The position numbers and the translations under genes were made by a program. A stretch of 64,000 bases of DNA from an uncultured Desulfospira sp. (lineage in GTDB: Bacteria > Desulfobacterota > Desulfobacteria > Desulfobacterales > Desulfobacteraceae): contig OY760175.1 of NCBI GenBank assembly GCA_963663165.1, forward strand, positions 4,352,001-4,416,000, in the 5' to 3' direction. This document shows, piece by piece, positions 62,407 to 64,000 of the stretch; within the stretch, counting starts at the first letter, position 1; each line of letters begins with the position of its first letter. A model generated the notes under the pieces. That model searched no databases and was not told the origin of the DNA. It saw only the letters and a program-made list of their open reading frames with translations.

Positions 62407-63282
62407 GTGATTGTCCAATGTGGCCGGAAAATTAAAGACGAAGAGCTTATACAGATTTGCGAGACAGTAGAGACCTTTTCGAATTTGAGTCAGACTGAAC
62501 TGGCTCATACAATATGCGAACATTTGGGCTGGTATACCGCTTCTGGTAGGAACAAGGTGGATGCCTGCCGGAAATTGCTTCTGCGACTGGAGTCCCAAGG
62601 TCTCATACGGTTGCCTGAAAAAGAGAAACTCGGTCCCATAAAGGGCTCTCAACAGAAACTGCCGGTAGCGGACGACAGGACCCAGCCCCAAGATAAGGTA
62701 GCGGGCACGCTTTCGGATATCGGGCCGATCGTTGTCAGGGTCGCACAAGACACGGAAGAACGCTCACTGGTTAATGAATACCTGCACCGTTACCATTATC
62801 TTGGCTACAAGCGGCCGTTCGGATGTCATCTGCGTTATTTGATACAAGCTCAAGAGCGCATATTGGGATGTATGCTGTTCTCAGGGGCGGCCAAGGCGCT
62901 GACCCCGAGGGATCGATGGATCGGCTGGAGCACCAACGAACGCTTAAGAAACTTGGGATTTGTTGTAAACAATGGACGCTTCCTGATTTTTCCGTGGGTC
63001 AAGGTCCGGTATCTGGCAAGTCACGTATTGGGTAAAATTGTCAGAGATCTGGTGCAAGACTGGGAGCGGAGCTGGGGGTATCGGCCGGCTTTGCTGGAGA
63101 CCTTTGTCGACCCACAACACTTCGATGGGACGTGCTATCGGGCGGCCAATTTTAGACACCTTGGCATGACCAGCGGAAAGGGGCTTGTCCGGCAGGGTAG
63201 AAGTTACAGGACCAGTCCCAAAAAAATCTTCGTTTATCCGCTGGTGAATAATTTCCGTCAGGTTTTGAGGCAGATCGGATGA
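62407..63282 (+). CDS. DUF4338 (DruA-like) protein
   Basis: YHYLGY, RDRWIGWS, VVNNGRFLIFPWV...LASHVL, LLETFVD...GTCYRAANF..LG.T.G. Confidence 0.85.
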   Translation: MIVQCGRKIKDEELIQICETVETFSNLSQTELAHTICEHLGWYTASGRNKVDACRKLLLRLESQGLIRLPEKEKLGPIKGSQQKLPVADDRTQPQDKVAGTLSDIGPIVVRVAQDTEERSLVNEYLHRYHYLGYKRPFGCHLRYLIQAQERILGCMLFSGAAKALTPRDRWIGWSTNERLRNLGFVVNNGRFLIFPWVKVRYLASHVLGKIVRDLVQDWERSWGYRPALLETFVDPQHFDGTCYRAANFRHLGMTSGKGLVRQGRSYRTSPKKIFVYPLVNNFRQVLRQIG

Positions 63283-64000
63283 GCAAGCCTAGCCGACGCC
63301 CCAATCGTGAGGAGATAAAGGCCAAAAGAAAGCAGTTTAAAAAGGAGCAGAGAAAATTACGTCGGGATGAAGAGGCCAGGGGATTTCAGCCGCCCTCTCA
63401 TGGCACAATTTCTAACTGCAAATGCCGATATGAAAGTGTAGAACAGGAGGGGCGCATCCGCAATGAGGCCGTGGCTGAGAAAATGAGTATTTTTCGCGCT
63501 AAGCTGCCAATTCTGCTCAAACGTATGGCCAAGATTGAAGACCCTCGAAACCCTAAGAAGATAAAACACCAAATATCCACACTCATGATCTATGGGATAC
63601 TGACCTTTGTGTTTCAGATGGCTTCTTGCCGTGAGGCCAACAAAGAAATGAGCCGGCCGATGTTCTGGAAGAATCTTCAATATTTTTTCCCGGAGCTTGA
63701 AACGCTTCCCCATCATGATACGTTAAAACGCCTATTGTCTAAGATTGATATCAATCAAATCAAGAAGCTTCATCTCGATCTGGTCAGAGATCTGATCCGG
63801 AAAAAGAAATTTCGACGGTACCTGGTCAATGGCTGTTATCCGATTGCCATAGATGGTACCGGTAAATTCAAACGCGACTGGCTTTGGGATGAAGAGTGCC
63901 TGGAACGTAACATCAAGAAAGAGGATGGCACCAGGAAACAGTATCATGTCTATGTTCTGGAAGCTAATCTTGCGTTTTCCGATGGCATGAGCATTCCGCT
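63279..64000 (+). CDS. DDE transposase with ISAs1/H-repeat-associated N-terminal domain, partial
   Basis: Manual translation: MSKPSRR...IEDPRNPKKIKH...LPHHDTLKRLL...IAIDGT; ATGA overlap with the DUF4338 stop. Confidence 0.85.
   Translation, partial: MSKPSRRPNREEIKAKRKQFKKEQRKLRRDEEARGFQPPSHGTISNCKCRYESVEQEGRIRNEAVAEKMSIFRAKLPILLKRMAKIEDPRNPKKIKHQISTLMIYGILTFVFQMASCREANKEMSRPMFWKNLQYFFPELETLPHHDTLKRLLSKIDINQIKKLHLDLVRDLIRKKKFRRYLVNGCYPIAIDGTGKFKRDWLWDEECLERNIKKEDGTRKQYHVYVLEANLAFSDGMSIP

Larger units (their letters stand above)
62234..64000 (+). mobile_element. Two-gene ISAs1-like element, runs off window
   Basis: Begins CAGTGCTGACGCATGAAA at the Rhs breakpoint; contains DUF4338 and transposase genes. 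Confidence 0.75.

Noticed and set aside
62407..63282. Druantia anti-phage system
   Set aside because: Only a DruA-like domain is present, coupled to a transposase, with no DruE helicase or other dru genes in the window.
1..64000. CRISPR array, cas genes, rRNA, tRNA, reverse transcriptase/DGR
   Set aside because: No regularly spaced repeat-spacer array, RNA-gene signature or RT motif was seen. The long repeats are explained by IS and Rhs duplication.

Overview
About 50% GC bacterial chromosome segment whose gene content suggests a Desulfobacteraceae-like sulfate reducer (inference). 1-51.4 kb is mostly signalling, transport and metabolism: HDOD kinase/MshEN-like/MinD-like cluster, pncB, a 5'-truncated VPLPG-CTERM protein, a pseudokinase-AAA-GAF-HK-REC sensor split by an IS110 element, SMUG1, an RND pair, a three-gene candidate secreted effector module (chaperone-like ORF, 1486-aa HExxH protein with four CBM5/12-like repeats, propeller lipoprotein), antiporter, MCP, acyl-CoA ligase, a pyrogallol transhydroxylase-like molybdoenzyme pair, hipBA and comM/yifB. 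Intergenic DNA holds several small non-autonomous elements with exact target duplications. 51.4-64 kb is an Rhs toxin locus: a truncated Rhs with an unrecognised C-terminal tip, its putative membrane immunity gene split by a 6.85-kb nested IS1380/ISAzo13/MITE composite, and a second Rhs fragment cut by an ISAs1-like element carrying a DUF4338 (DruA/Mom-like) passenger gene. All family calls come from motif recognition by eye, with no database searches.
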